Program-made: the position numbers and the translations under genes
Assembly (NCBI GenBank): GCA_951406725.2
Contig: OX597823.1
Span: forward strand, 88,040,001-88,104,000
Origin: Octopus vulgaris
Lineage: Eukaryota
DNA: 64,000 nucleotides
Direction of reading: 5' to 3'
Shown here: positions 42,337-56,016 of the stretch, piece by piece
Layout: every line of letters begins with the position of its first letter
Position numbering within the stretch: position 1 is the first letter of the stretch
The notes under the pieces: model-generated
Databases searched by the model: none
Seen by the model: only the letters and a program-made list of their open reading frames with translations
Told to the model about the DNA's origin: nothing

Positions 42337-42690
42337 TACATGGGGTGTAGATAAAAAGTCACGTAATACTAAAAAAAGTCACTATTTTGTTTTAGTCCCC
42401 TTCAAAGTATTCGCCTTAGGAGTCTATACACTTCTGCCAGCGTTCCTGCCACTGCTAGAAACTTTTCTGGAAATCACTTATTTGGATGCTGTAGAGATGC
42501 GCCGTTGAACCTTTCTTTTGAGCTTTAGGAATAGCTAAAAGTCACAGGGAGCAAAGTCTGGGATGCAGGAAGCCTGACGTACAAGTGGCGCGTTTTGCTT
42601 GACGGTGAATGCTTGGACGATGTGGGCAGAATGAGTAGGTGCGTTGTCATGGTGGAGTTGCCAGTCCATTACTTCCTGTGGATCGGGATT
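42337..42690 (-). pseudogene. Mariner (DD34D) transposase relic, C-terminal part with 3' TIR
   Basis: WQLHHDNAPTH...PDFAPCDF matches mariner HHDNAPAH / YSPDLAPCDF; downstream frame gives WQERWQKCID..EYFEGD; TIR-like tacatggggtgt. Confidence 0.85.
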
Positions 42691-42719
42691 TATAATTTGA
42701 GATTTTTTTTTTTTTTTGC

Positions 42720-42980
42720 GGAGGGTGAAAGTGGTAACAAGAACAGGACAGTGAGAGAAAAAGAAAAACAAACGGTGAGGGTTGTTAAGCCAAGACGATG
42801 GAAAAATTATTATGAACGCTAGGAAGACGAGCTTATGAAGGAGATAGTATAAGCACGTTTAGTCTTCATGGATGTTGTGGTTAGAAAGGTAGATTCTCTT
42901 TCGTCACGTGGCAGCGGCTAGAGAGTCGAGGAGGAGGAGTGAGAGAGAGGAAACGGTGAAGAGAGGGGAAGAATAGGGAG
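42720..42980 (-). mobile_element. Fragment of an unclassified interspersed repeat (inverted copy of 44890-45148)
   Basis: tatgaacgctaggaagacgagcttatga is the reverse complement of the sequence near 45040-45066; homology extends about 250 bp. Confidence 0.8.
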
Positions 42981-43130
42981 TTCAAATTCCGCCGAGGTCG
43001 ACTTTGCATTTCATCCTTTCGGGGTCGATAAATTAAATACCAGTTACGCACGGGGGTCGATGTAATCGACTTAATCCCTTTGTCTGTCCTTGTTTGTCCC
43101 CTCTGTGTTTAGCCCTTGTGGGTAGTAAAG

Positions 43131-43135
<5 letters not shown>
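42978..43135 (+). mobile_element. 5'-truncated SINE family A
   Basis: gagttcaaattccgccgaggtcgac to gggtagtaaagaaat. Confidence 0.85.
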
Positions 43136-43184
<49 letters not shown>

Positions 43185-44371
43185 CATCATTAATATAATG
43201 TAGGTACATTCGCCTAAACAACTTGAATTTTCGTGCTGTAGTATTAAATGCCAAATTATATCGTATTAAGAATATCAAAACTTTGTCAACGGTATTTTTT
43301 TTTATTCCCGTTGAAATATTCAATTCTTTACTGGAGTCAAAATAGCAAAGACATGGTTGACAAGAATGTATTTTGTATGCACTTTAGTTCTTACCACTCT
43401 CCCATGGGGAAAAATACCCCATGCAGGAACAAAGCTGCGTTGCATCAGAAGAAAGCGCAGACATAACTTCCGGCTTCCATAAAGTTCAAGTCTGCTGTTA
43501 GGCTATAATGTTTTCCATATCTGTTTTTACTATTCAATATGACTTGTGTTTTCAGGATGACTTGTGTTTTCAGAAGCACATGAAAATGTTATCCTCGGGC
43601 ACTTAGAAAACATCAGAAATTACAGCTTTCAACGGTTTGGTTACTCTCTGTAGAACTACCTCTTATTTACTTTATAAGAATAGTAAAGTTCATTTTCAAA
43701 TACTAAATTCACTCATATGTACAGACGTAGACGCAGCGAACAAAACGGTGAGAGAGAAGGTGGAGGATGAGGAGGAGGCGTACGGTGAAAGAGCGGTTGT
43801 AGAGCGGGTGTAAAGAGGAAGGAGAAACATATAGAATCACAATCATGCATGCACTCATACACATATATACCAACACAAGTATATATTCCAACAAATACGC
43901 TGTTAGTAACAGCTCCATGACCTCAGAAAAAGACACACATACGCTGAGAAAAGGAGATACGCACCGTAGGCATATTGCAACCACGTACATAGCTATAATT
44001 TGCTGTATTTTCATAAATAATGATGTTATATCGGATGGAAATAAAATACGAATAAATACGTAAAAAATATTTCCATTAAAATTATATTAAATAAATGTAA
44101 AAAAATATATAGAAATTCGTGATTTATGGAATATTAAAATTTAACAATGTAAAATATTAAAAAATATATATTAATTCCCAATAATAATGAAAAAACAAAA
44201 GATGAATTTTCAATATTACAGTATTAATAAAATGAAATTAGTACTTTTTAGTGAACTCGGAATAGGTCTCATTTGAGAAAGCGCATCAAAGAGTGATTGA
44301 TTGAGAAAAAATAGAGATACGGATATACTGAAAAATAATTAGCAAATAATAATCATTCGCAGATCGATATA

Positions 44372-44420
<49 letters not shown>

Positions 44421-44599
44421 GCATACATACATATATGTATGTATGTATTTATGCATGGATGTTTATATTTGAGTGTGTCTATATAGAGGGTGCCTCCACT
44501 ACTAAATTGCACATTTTAAAGCTGTTAACTCGCTTTTAATTTCATTTTAGATTTAACCCATTAACGATAGGAAAGGGGGCTATTCTTAGCTTTGAACAA

Positions 44600-45400
44600 A
44601 AGAAATTGCTAGTCGATGTGCTAAAACAATTTAGGAGAGAGATGCAAATAGATCTGCCTACGCGACTTAACAACAATTCGAATGAGAGGTGAGTTTCAAT
44701 CCGATGCAACTATTCCGAACGGCTACAAAACTTTACCGGAAAACTGCGGACATCGGCGAGCCCACAAACTAAGAAAGGCTACTGGAAACTGATTGCCAGA
44801 AATGAGGAAAATCTGGGCGCCAAGCGAGTCGTGAGATAGTAACTTCAAAACAACTCTCCCTCTCTTGTTCTTCATCCTTTCTGGTTTTCTCTCCTACCCT
44901 TCCCTACTCTTCTCCTCCCCTCTTCATGGTTCCCTCTCTCTCTCACTCTTCCTCCTTGACTCTCTCGTCGCTGACACGTGACGAAAGAAAATATTTGTGC
45001 CCATTTCCTTCCTAAAGACATGTGATACCTGTCTCCTCTCATAAGCTCGTCTTCCTAGCGTTCATAATACTTTTTCTCTCGTATTTACTTAACAATCCTC
45101 ACCGTTTGTTTTTACTGTCTTGTTCTTGGTACCACTTTCACCATCCTCAAAAAATCCAAAATTTTATTCAGTTCGCTTTGCAGGAAGGATTGTTTCAACG
45201 AAGTCACATCTTGTCCTTGCCTTCGAAATGCGCGAAGTAGATGAAACAGGGACAACTGATGAAGGGGAATATTCTTTCTGTTGTATGTCTCGTTTCTCTG
45301 GGGTTTTTTTTGTTGTTCGAAAAAAAGTAATTTTTCCATGTTTTTGTTTTTATGTTTTCGTTTCTCATAGTGTTCAACGTCTTCTGACGTCCTGTACCCA
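44600..45400 (+). mobile_element. Unclassified repeat, possibly a Penelope-like 3' end
   Basis: Second copy at 42720-42980; ends in (TA)-rich sequence; hammerhead-like fold at 45172-45236; classification is inference. Confidence 0.4.
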
Positions 45401-45546
45401 TATATGCATGTATATATACATATATATGTAGGTATTACATATATGTATGTATATATGCATATATTTACATATTATTTATATTATTAAATGATCGAACGCC
45501 ACGCATCCTTTTCCAATAAAGTTTTATCTATCTATCTATCTATCTA

Positions 45547-45584
<38 letters not shown>

Positions 45585-45940
45585 CTTAAATATATACTAT
45601 ATATGTATGTGTGTATCTACGTTTGTACATGTTGAATGGCAGAGAAGAACTGAATATTTCAGAGAGAGAATTTGAGGGAGATAATAGCTTTTTCTAGCAA
45701 TGTGCAGTGGTTTTATGGTGATGTGCAGTTGTGAGTTTCAGTTCAAAGGTGATGGCCATTTTAACCTATGAATTGGAGTTTAAACACCAAAAGTTCACGT
45801 TTCTTGTAATGTCATTAACAAAATTTCAATAATTTGATTACGTCAATGTTTCCCCGTGAATCTTAGGCATTCTTCAAATACCTGCGTATTGTCTCCTTCA
45901 TTAAATGCAAACGTAGAGTCCAACTGAAAGGGAATTGATT

Positions 45941-46430
45941 ACAGAGACAGAGATAGGGAGAGGGAAGGAGGGAGAGAAAGAGGGAGATAGAGGAGAGGGA
46001 GTTTAGAGGGAGGGAGACGGAAAGAGAGAAACAGGGGAATAGAGAAGGAGAGAGAGAAAAAGGGAGATAGAGGAGAGGGAGAAGGAGGGAGGAAGACGGA
46101 AAGAGGGAGGGAGATAGAGGAGAGGGAGAAGGAGGGAGGAAGACGGAGAGAGAGAAACGGGGGAATAGAGGAGAGAGAGAAAGAGGGAGATAGAGGAGAG
46201 GGAGAAGGAGGGAGGGAGACGGAGAGAGAGATACAGGGGAATAGAGAAGGAGAGAGAGAACGAGGGAGATAGAGAAGGAGAGGGAGAAGGAGAGAGGGAG
46301 AGGGAGAGAGAGAAACGGGGGAATGGAGAAGGAGAGAGAAGGAAAGACATCGGGATGGAAAGAGAGATGAAGAGGGAGAGAGAGACGGGGAGAGTGAGAA
46401 AGAAAGAGAAAGAAGGGAGGGGAGAGGAAT
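45941..46430. repeat. Polypurine (GA-rich) minisatellite with higher-order repeats
   Basis: Recurring gggagatagaggagagggagaaggagggagg. Confidence 0.9.
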
Positions 46431-46664
46431 TGTAGATTATAACTAGAGATAGACAAAGAAAGTAAGAAACGTAAGAACTAAGAAGAATGACGCGTCAGCA
46501 AATTGCTTCAGAGCCATTATGCAACCTCCAGGTAATCTTTAAATTAGAAGATTCCATCTGTGTTTTAAGATTGTGTATATTGTTATCATTATGAAGAAGG
46601 CCAGCTGAGGTCGATGTAATCGACTCCCCCACCCTCGTCGTTACCATTACTGGCCTTCGAAAAA

Positions 46665-46860
46665 GTGGCGAGCTGGCAGAATTGTTAGCGCTCTGGATGA
46701 AATGCTTAGCGGTATTTCGCCCGTGGCTACGTTCTGAGGTCAAATGCCGCCAAGGTCGACTTTGCTTTTCTTCCTTTCGGTTTCGATAAAATACGTACCG
46801 GCTGAAAACTGGGGTCGATGTAATCGACTCGTCCCCACCTTCCCCTTGTGGCAAAAAATT
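46665..46860 (+). mobile_element. SINE family A
   Basis: gtggcgagctggcagaattgttagcgc...ggggtcgatgtaatcgact. Confidence 0.8.
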
Positions 46861-46862
46861 GA

Positions 46863-46903
<41 letters not shown>

Positions 46904-47426
46904 TAGCAGTAGTAATAATAATAATAATAATGATAGCATGAGGATTATTATTATTATTATTATTAGTAGTAGTAGTATTATGTAGTAGTAGTAGTAGTAG
47001 AAGTAGTAGTAGTAGTAGAGGTAGTGGTAGGAGGAGAAGGAGGCGGTGGACGAGACAGATGAGGAGGAGGATCAGCCGCAGCTTCAGTAGCAGTAGTAAG
47101 GTGGCGAGCTGACTGACTTGTTAGTACGCCGGGCGGAATTCTTAACGGCAATTCTGCCGAGGTTGGCCTTGCCTTTCATCCTCCCTGAGTCGATAAAACA
47201 GGTACCATTTTGAGTTTAGGGGTTCATGTGATCGACTAGCCCCTTCCTACAAAATTGCAAGCCTTGTGTCTAAATCGACTAAAGCCTCTTCTTGAGTTGC
47301 TGGCTTGACGCAAAAATTATTGTGACTTAACCAAAATCATTCCGAATTTGATAGATATATCACGAAAACCCTTCTCAAAGCTCCGACAATCACATATTTT
47401 GATTCATACAGCATACAAGTAGGACC

Positions 47427-48541
47427 GGATCTTTTCTTTTTGATGGACGGGATTTTCTAGTTAACTAAACAATTTGAAACTTCGTATATTTGTAGAATGT
47501 GTCAAAAGAAAACATTATTGTAAACAAAATTGAAAACAAAATTGTAATTTGTAACTTTAACGTAGTTTAATTCTTCGAATTTTAACCAATGAAATCCTAG
47601 CATTCGAGCTCAAATCATTTGCTGCGTCTAAAAACTCACACACACACACACGCGCGCGCCTTATTCATCCTTCTCGCTTCTGTCTTCTGCTAGAAATAAC
47701 AGCTATATCTCTTAAATCGATGAATTTCGTCGCCCAATAAAAATATTAACGATATTTTTTTGAATATTTTCTTTATTTTTTTTTACCGAAAGGCTTCTCC
47801 CATGGTTTTGAAGGGCCAGAAACAACAAAAACAAAACGATAATATGCCTAAAGCGGTCTAGAGTTTGCGCGTGGAATGTGAGTCGTATTATAAAAATTTG
47901 CGAAATATTTTTTCATAAAAGGATGCCCCAGCTTGTCGGAAGTTGTGATATAAATTGGGAAAAAATCCTCGACACCAGTGCGTAATTGGTACTTAATTTA
48001 TCGACCCCCAAACGATGAAACATTGACCCCACCTTCTGGTTTATTTACCTTTTGTGTAAATTTGTTGCGGCAAGGGGCAACTCACGAACGTGTATGTATG
48101 CTTGTGTGTGTATGTATATCTCCGTTTGTATGTGTGTGTGTGTACGCTTATATATTAATTACTATGTGCTTGTGCAAATGTATATGCATGTGTTTGAGAG
48201 AGAGAGTAACAGAGAGAGTGTGTGTGTGTGCAAGTGTACGTGTGTATGTATCTGAATATATGTGTGTGTATGCGGCATGCGTCTGCTATATTTCTTTATC
48301 AATATCAATAACGCAGCAAATGATTTGAGCTCAAATGCTCGGATTTCATTGGTTAAAATTCGAAGATGCTGGGATTTCATTGGTTAAAATTCGAAGAATT
48401 AAACTACGTTAAGTTACAATTTACAATTTTGTTTTCAATTTTGTTTACAATAATGTTTTCTTTTGACACATTCTACCAGTATACGAAGTTTCAAATTTTT
48501 TAGTTAACTAGAAAATTCCGCCCATCAAAAAGAAAAGATCC
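47427..48541. mobile_element. Non-autonomous DNA transposon (Merlin-like MITE) with ~200-bp TIRs
   Basis: GGATC...GATCC termini; TIRs 47427-47627 and 48311-48541; 8-bp TSD GTAGGACC at 47419-47426 and 48542-48549; GG termini with 8-bp TSD fit the Merlin superfamily. Confidence 0.85.
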
Positions 48542-48697
48542 GTAGGACCTTATCCAATCTGTATCGACATCGGTTATGACTTAGGAGAGATTTAACTGCT
48601 ATTTTAGCAGACCGAATAACCGACTAGATTCTTCCTTCAGTTATGTGCTGATGTAGGCGTTGTTTGACTGATATCTACGTGTGTGAATATGATTGTA

Positions 48698-48732
<35 letters not shown>

Positions 48733-49079
48733 CTAATCAATCAACTCTGCAATTTTCCCATAAGATTAACAGATATTAGACACTTAATCTTTTTACTCTA
48801 TACTAATTCGTGTGAATCTGGAAATATTCAAAATCTATTCACGTACATGAAATCGTGTTGTATCATCCCGTATTTCTCGATGAAAGTGACGAAATCGTTG
48901 ATTCTTTAAAGCATTGCATAAAACACCTGGAGGTATTCGTTTCTCCGTCACTCTGTGCTCAACTACAACTGAGGTCAGTTTTGCCTTACTTCATCATTTT
49001 GGAGCCAAATAAAGAAAAAAGCACCAGTCCAGCGTGGGTGGGCGTTTGGTGTATTCGTTGGAACGTTGGACTAGATTCT

Positions 49080-50100
49080 GAAAGAATCAATTTGAATCTC
49101 AGATTGCATTCCATCAGCAATGTCTGAGACGAGAGCCAAGGTGTGTGAGCCTTAAAATAATAGCCTTTTGGTTGGACAATATAAGTGAAGGCGCAACTGC
49201 CTTGTCCACTCCTACGCACAGAGATGGATTTAACTGTTCAAAACCTGATTGTGAGCTCTAGATTCAAATCAGATCTTAGGCAAATCCAAGCCTGACCGTA
49301 GGCAAACGACTTTGAGTGGTTTCTTAATGAGGTTTCTATCGATCCAAGCATTAAGAAATTCTGTCGGTGGAAACTGTACAGATTGATTTTATAATTCATT
49401 GCTTGTTAGTTTTAATACATGCTCCGATTTAATACCACTACTTTAAGAGCGCGACCCAACACTTGCAAACGACCACAGGAACCAGTTCTTTTTGCGGTGT
49501 GGTGGCTTGTGTGCCTCTATAACTGAGAGAGGTGTCGCAGAGAAGTGCAACGCAAGCTCCTGTGGGGGCCATCAGTGCTGTTCAGGCCAAAGGATGGAGG
49601 CCAGGCTAATAGGGACCATCTCTTTTCAGAGATAAAAATGAGTATGCATACGGCCATTGTCCTTTCTTAGAAAAATCTAAATTTACAGAAGCGTCGACTT
49701 AGGAGAGAAAAGCCTTCTCTCGGGGAAACATATGTCCCAAAGGAAAACTTTAGCGAGGACGCCCTAAAAATAGTCGCAAGAGGGATGCTGAGGAAGTGTT
49801 AAAACAGTAGGGATCCAATTGGGAAGCAACCGAAAAAGACATCTATGGTTTATGTCCCATGAGGATCGAAGGGTTAAAGAAACTAACTTTCTCGGGGATT
49901 CATGCCAATTCTGCGATGTAATGATGATTTTCTCCATGCTTTTCCTCAATATCGAGATACTTCAAAAATGATTTGAACTCTATCGTCCTTTAATTAAAGT
50001 ACAACAAAGAAATAGTTCAGATCTTGCTTCATGTTCTGAGTCAAGTACTGGGCTAGGGTTTCACACTGAATCCCTCTTCGATTCCAGGTGGTACCTCTTC
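49080..50100 (+). pseudogene. Highly degenerate L1/Tx1-like LINE ORF2 3' fragment
   Basis: From about 49825: NRKRHLWFMSHE...DSCQFCD, then a frameshifted DDFLHAF, resembling the zf-RVT CxxC...H motif; boundaries uncertain. Confidence 0.35.
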
Positions 50101-50569
50101 AGTTTGACTACTTTTGTAAGACGTCAATGGATAAAGAGAGAAAAAATGGATATAGAAGTTTAACTGCTGGGCTTATCCCACCCCACGCCTGAAGGCGTTA
50201 ATATTTAGTCGTAACTGCCGCGCTAATATGGGGCTGATCGGATGTTCAATACTCACATTGTTAGCGAAATGGACTTAAAGATCGTGTAGTAAAATGACTC
50301 ACACAGTGAGTCGCGAGTCCAGCTACATGGCCCTTAGGCCACGTTTTCCTCTTTCTAAGATACAAAAGCGCTTGAAATGCCAGTAATTGCTTTGTTGATC
50401 GATAATGTTTCTTTTGCGATTTGGCCTGAAGATAACATACATATATGATGTATATAAACAAAGGCGTTCTAAACATGGTAACTCAGACATCTGGGGTACT
50501 GTTGATCTAAAATTGCAGTTTAAAGTTTGTTATTTTTTCAAGAAGATCGACGTTAATTCCGACAAACAT

Positions 50570-50750
50570 TAGTACGCCGGACCAAAAGCTTAGTGGCACT
50601 TCATCCGTCTTTACGCTATGAGCTAAAATTCCGTCAAGGTCGACTTTACCTTTCCTTTCTGAGGGGTCGATAAAATAAATACCTGTTAAGCAATATAATC
50701 GACTTACCCCTTCCCTAAAAATGGCTGGCCTTGTACCAAAATTTGGAAAC
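50570..50750 (+). mobile_element. Degenerate SINE family A
   Basis: aaggtcgactttacctttcctttctgaggggtcgataaaata. Confidence 0.65.
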
Positions 50751-51380
50751 AATGTAGTTAAGCGCAACCTGCAGACTCGTCATTTGGTAAGTCTTGTTCT
50801 TCCAACATTAACTGACTGATTCATTCATTTATTCTCTCATTCCTAAATTTTTACATTCAATAATTCATTCCTTTGCGTATTCAGTCATTCATTCATTGGA
50901 AAACTGAATCTTCATTGTGTAGAAAGATTCAATATATACACAAAACTATTAAAATATCTGATATTCAAATCAATCATTTGTCTCCCTTTAATGTTGCTTA
51001 TCATATTTTATAACAGAAAACAGACGTGAGTAAGCGACTGTATCTACCCTACTTCATAGCAAATTCTGTGTTTCTGAACAAGTGTCTCTATGTAATATAT
51101 GTTTTCCAAATACATTTGTGAGTGTGTTTTTCACTACTATGTTCATAATCATACGCGCATACATTTATAAATAATACACATATATGTATGTATATATATG
51201 TGTCTGTTTGTGTGTATTCATACAACCACACAGGCGCGCGCACTCACTCACACACATACATATTTTCACAGACAGAAAGAACGAAAGATAAAGCGTATCT
51301 TTTGTGAAATATATCTATTTGTAGCATTTCTATTATCTACACAAACGTTCGCTAGTTGTGTGTGTTTGTTTGTTTGTGTG

Positions 51381-51422
<42 letters not shown>

Positions 51423-52834
51423 ATTGTTTGTGTGTGTGTTTGTGTGTGTTTCTATCAAAAGTGTGCAGCAGGCAAAAATATCAAATTATTTTAATTGCTG
51501 TTGCTTCCAAAAAACTGATGTAACATATTGTCTACGGATGCGGTGAATTGGCAGAAATGCCGAGCGGTATTTCGTCTGTCTTTACGTTCAAATCCCGCCG
51601 AGGGCGACTTTGCCTTTCATCCTTTCGGGTTCGATAAGTAAGTACCAGTTGCATTCTAGGGCCATGTGCCTAGAGTAGACAAGTGCATGGTTGCTTAAAC
51701 TTCCAGAAACACCAGCTATATCTCTCTTCATATTAGCATCAGGCAAAGCTACAATAAAGGACATTATTGAGGTGTATATCCCAGCAGCTAACAAAGCTTG
51801 AATACCTTTCAATGTATGTGGGACATAGGATTAAAGAACAGTCACAAATGACCAATCGCATGAAGTGAAATAACAAAACTGAACACCATAGAATCGTGAG
51901 AAGAGAAAATGAAAATTATATTATCACTATATTTCGGGAAGGTATTTTTTTTTTGTTGCTAAATAACCACACGCCCTATATACACGATCTTTATTATAAC
52001 TCTCCGGTGACCTCTTCAACGACACTCCATCCCACGTGTCTCCCCCTCTCTTGTTTAGTCCATTTTGTCTCTGAGGTGTGTTAGAAGATTATATTAGCTA
52101 ACATTACTTGTGAAAATATCACGACAATATACGTTCTGCACGAAGTAAGAATATTATTTTATAAAGTGAAACTTTTCGATCAAGTGGCCTTCAATTTCTT
52201 TCCTTAGTCAAGTTTATCGGAAACGAAAAACTCGAACTTACTTCATATTGTTATTATTCCAACTCTGGCTTCCATTTCCTTTCATAGTTAAGATTGTTAA
52301 CAGATAAGATCTTAACTTTAGGGCAAGAGTATTATCGATTCAAATAACCTTAGTACGTGACTAGCAATAAGGACAGCGTTAACGAGTTTGGGAATCAAAA
52401 GGTAACGATCCGGAACTAAAATATCATACCAAAAAAACAAAAATTATTTTCTTTCACGCTCTCGTAATTCTGTCAATGCATTGCCATATTGTCACCCCAC
52501 CCCATCTACAAATGAGTGAAATTGTAAAGAGAGAGACAAGAAAATAGACAGGGAGGGCAAAAAACTGATGAATGGAAGTAACCAAACTCACACAGCTGTT
52601 GGGGTAGTAACTTCAATTCTCAAGTTGTTTTGTACTGAATGACTTTGTAAATAAAGTGATTTGATAGGGTCAGACGCGGAGGCAATGTCGCTGGTCGTTT
52701 ATTGCTTTTTAACCAGGCCTTAAGAGGTGACAGAAACTATCAAGTCTCGGATTATTAATTTGTTTTGAAGTCATATTCGTTCTTTCATTTATTCATTCAT
52801 TCGTGCGATCATCAAATGTTATTAAGTCTAAGAC

Positions 52835-53611
52835 GTGATCGTGTGGTTAGGAAGCTTGCTTACCAACTTTGTACGATTTGATTCAATCCTTCTTAAGCAC
52901 TTTGGGCAAGAGTCTTCTAATATGGCACCCACAAGACTTTGTTGAGTAAATTTAGTATACAAAAATATTCAAAGAAGCATGTCATATTTCTGTGTGTATG
53001 TGCCTCTTTTTTTCTATTTGTCCCTACCTCTGCTTTTACTTGTTTCAGTCGTTTGATTGCGGTCATGCTGGAGCACCGCCTTTACTAGAGCAAATCGACA
53101 CTAGGACTTATTCTTTGTAAGCCTAGTACTTATTCTATCGGTCTCTTTTGCCTAACCACTAAGTTACGGGGACGTGAAGACAACGGTTGTCAAGCGATGG
53201 TGTGGAGACAAACACAGACACACATACACACCCACACACCCACACACACATATATACACGACGGGCTTCTTTTAGTTTCCCAAATCCACTCACAAGGCTT
53301 TGGACGGCCCAAGGCTATAGTAGAAGACACTTGCCCAAGGTACCACGCAATGGGACTGAACCCGGAGCTATGTAGTTTGTAAGCAAGCTACTTACCACAC
53401 AGCCAGTCATGCGCCTATTGACATTGTTGATTTGCTTACGCTAGGTTATGTATCCGTAACATAGCGGTTCGGCAGAAAGTGAGCGAAAAACAAAATAGCA
53501 GACTTGAAAATAACTAGTGAGGAAAATTTGTTCGGCTAAACCCTTCAAGGCGGTGCTACAGCATGGCCGCTGGTCAATGACTGACACAAGTAGACGATAA
53601 AATATACGAAT
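52835..53611. mobile_element. Nested SINE family B copies (minus copy 53032-53415 inside a plus copy)
   Basis: Plus head near 52840, minus copy ttttacttgtttcagtc...cttaccacacagcc, plus tail resumes 53440-53600. Confidence 0.75.
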
Positions 53612-53972
53612 TTGCGTCGGTGGATGCACTCTGGACAGAAATATGGTTTCTAACTTCAGTAGTTATCGAGGTATCAAGTATATAAATGGAAGTTGATATT
53701 ATAGAAGAGAGCAATAGAAACGTGGAAGTATACGAAGAAAGCAAAATAATAACCGTAGCCTCGTCATGCCGAATTTGTTCGGCTAAACCCTTCAAGGCGG
53801 TGCTACAGCATGGCCGCTGGCCAATGACTGACACAAGTAGACGATAAAATATACGAATATTCGGCATGACGAGGTAATATATGAAGGAAAATGGGAGGGG
53901 TACAAGTTCTTTGGTCGGACGAAAAATTCGTATGAAAGATAGCGGAAAGTAGTTTCGTAGTTTCGCGCGCGT

Positions 53973-54061
<89 letters not shown>

Positions 54062-54202
54062 CCGTATATATATATACATACATACAGTGTACATTTAAAC
54101 ACCCATCATAGGACTACTTGCACGCTAGAAATAACAGGTAAATTCCAAACCACTATTAGGGATAAATCTTCGAAGGGAATGAGAAAGAAAAACATTTACC
54201 AT

Positions 54203-54245
<43 letters not shown>

Positions 54246-54864
54246 AACGCATGTTTGTACGAATATATAATTTTTATACATATATAATTATTATATATAT
54301 TTGTATGTATATTTAGTTGTATATATTTATACATGAACATAAAAATAAAATTTAAAAAAATAATATATATATATGTATATATATATATATTTATATACAT
54401 ATATTTATATTTATATACATATGCACACACATACAACGCGCTCGAACAAACACACTCACACATACGAATGTGTGTATATATAAGGAAAAGAATTTCAGGT
54501 GGAAATGAGATGATTTATATTATTGCTTTGAACTAAACGATATAACAAAAACAGGAAAAAGAGTGGGTTGGGAGAAATAGAATAACACACAAGACGTAGA
54601 ATACAAGAGAATGAAAGACATAGTTAATGTTAGATACAAAGAGAAGCGAGCGGCTAACGAGAGGAGATGGAAGTAGAGGGATACACAGCTGATACGTAGC
54701 TTACTATTTCCATGTAAAACGTAAATAGCTGAAAAGCATTTCGAAATTTTATCTGTTTGGAAAATGACCAGATATGAGACAAAGGTTTGAAACTGGAATA
54801 ATTTTATTTTGGAAGCCATTTACTAGCATGCAATAATTATTATCTTCCATCGTTTATCATTAAT

Positions 54865-55280
54865 CGTTTATTTGTTTCAATCGTTAGATTGCGGCCAAGC
54901 TGGAGTGCCACCTTTAAGTGTTTTAGTTGGGCAATCGACTCCAGGGTTTATTATAAAGTTTGATACTTTTCCTGTCAGCCGCATGGGTTCGTAAATTAAT
55001 CAACACTGGTTTTCAAGTGGTTGTCAGAACACACACATATACACAAAACACGCAGACACTCACATGGACACTCATACACACACACACTCTCTCTCCTTTT
55101 TTCACTCTCTCTCAAATGAAGAAACGACCGGTTTGCACACAGTTTCCGTTTACCATATTCACTCACAAGGAACTGGTCGGCCCAGGATCATAATAGACAT
55201 TTGCCAGAGGTGCCGTGCAATGGGACTGAACACGAAAACACTTGGATGCAGCGCGGGCGTCTTAACCCGACTGTCAGGTC
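54865..55280 (-). mobile_element. Degenerate SINE family B
   Basis: gcggccaagctggagtgccacc...cactcacaaggaactggtcggccc...tgggactgaac. Confidence 0.6.
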
Positions 55281-55955
55281 TACACCAATATTCATTTTTG
55301 TATATATCTTATTATCTTGTTTCTGTGAACCAAATTCATTCGCAAAGCATTGATTGACCCGTGATTATAGCCGCTTGCCTTTGCATCCCATCGTGGTACT
55401 GAACCAGAAACCAAGTAGTTTCAAAGAGAGTTTCATCCAGCCATTCATGCACCTACAGGATATACTATTCAGTCACTCAAAGATCTATAATTCTATTCAG
55501 GTTCGAAGCACACAATTAACGACATGCGATGAGCACCAATTCCACTGCTTTAAAGCATCAATTCACCAATAAGTCGATAATGTTTAAAGAAGTATCTATT
55601 ATGTAAGGTATGCAGATGTTTCAATAGCTAACAGCACTAATTTCATAGAAGTCAGAGTCAATATCTCCTCACTAGTATGGGACAGGATGTTCGCTTGCTC
55701 AACGCTGATTCTTAGAGAAATATTTGGTATTAACTCACGAGTAAGATTACATAGGACAGTTAAAGAGCTTCTGGCTTTGTAGAATTAATTGCTCGCAACA
55801 GCAGTAAGATTTCTCCGAAGCCTTAATTCTCCAGTCTTAACGAAATAAAAAGAAATATAGTGTGATATTGAAGAAGGGAGAAAATAACTGGAAAAGGAAC
55901 TGATTGTTCATTGGTAGAATGACTTCAATGCTTGGATCTTCACTGGATATATGTT

Positions 55956-56016
<61 letters not shown>

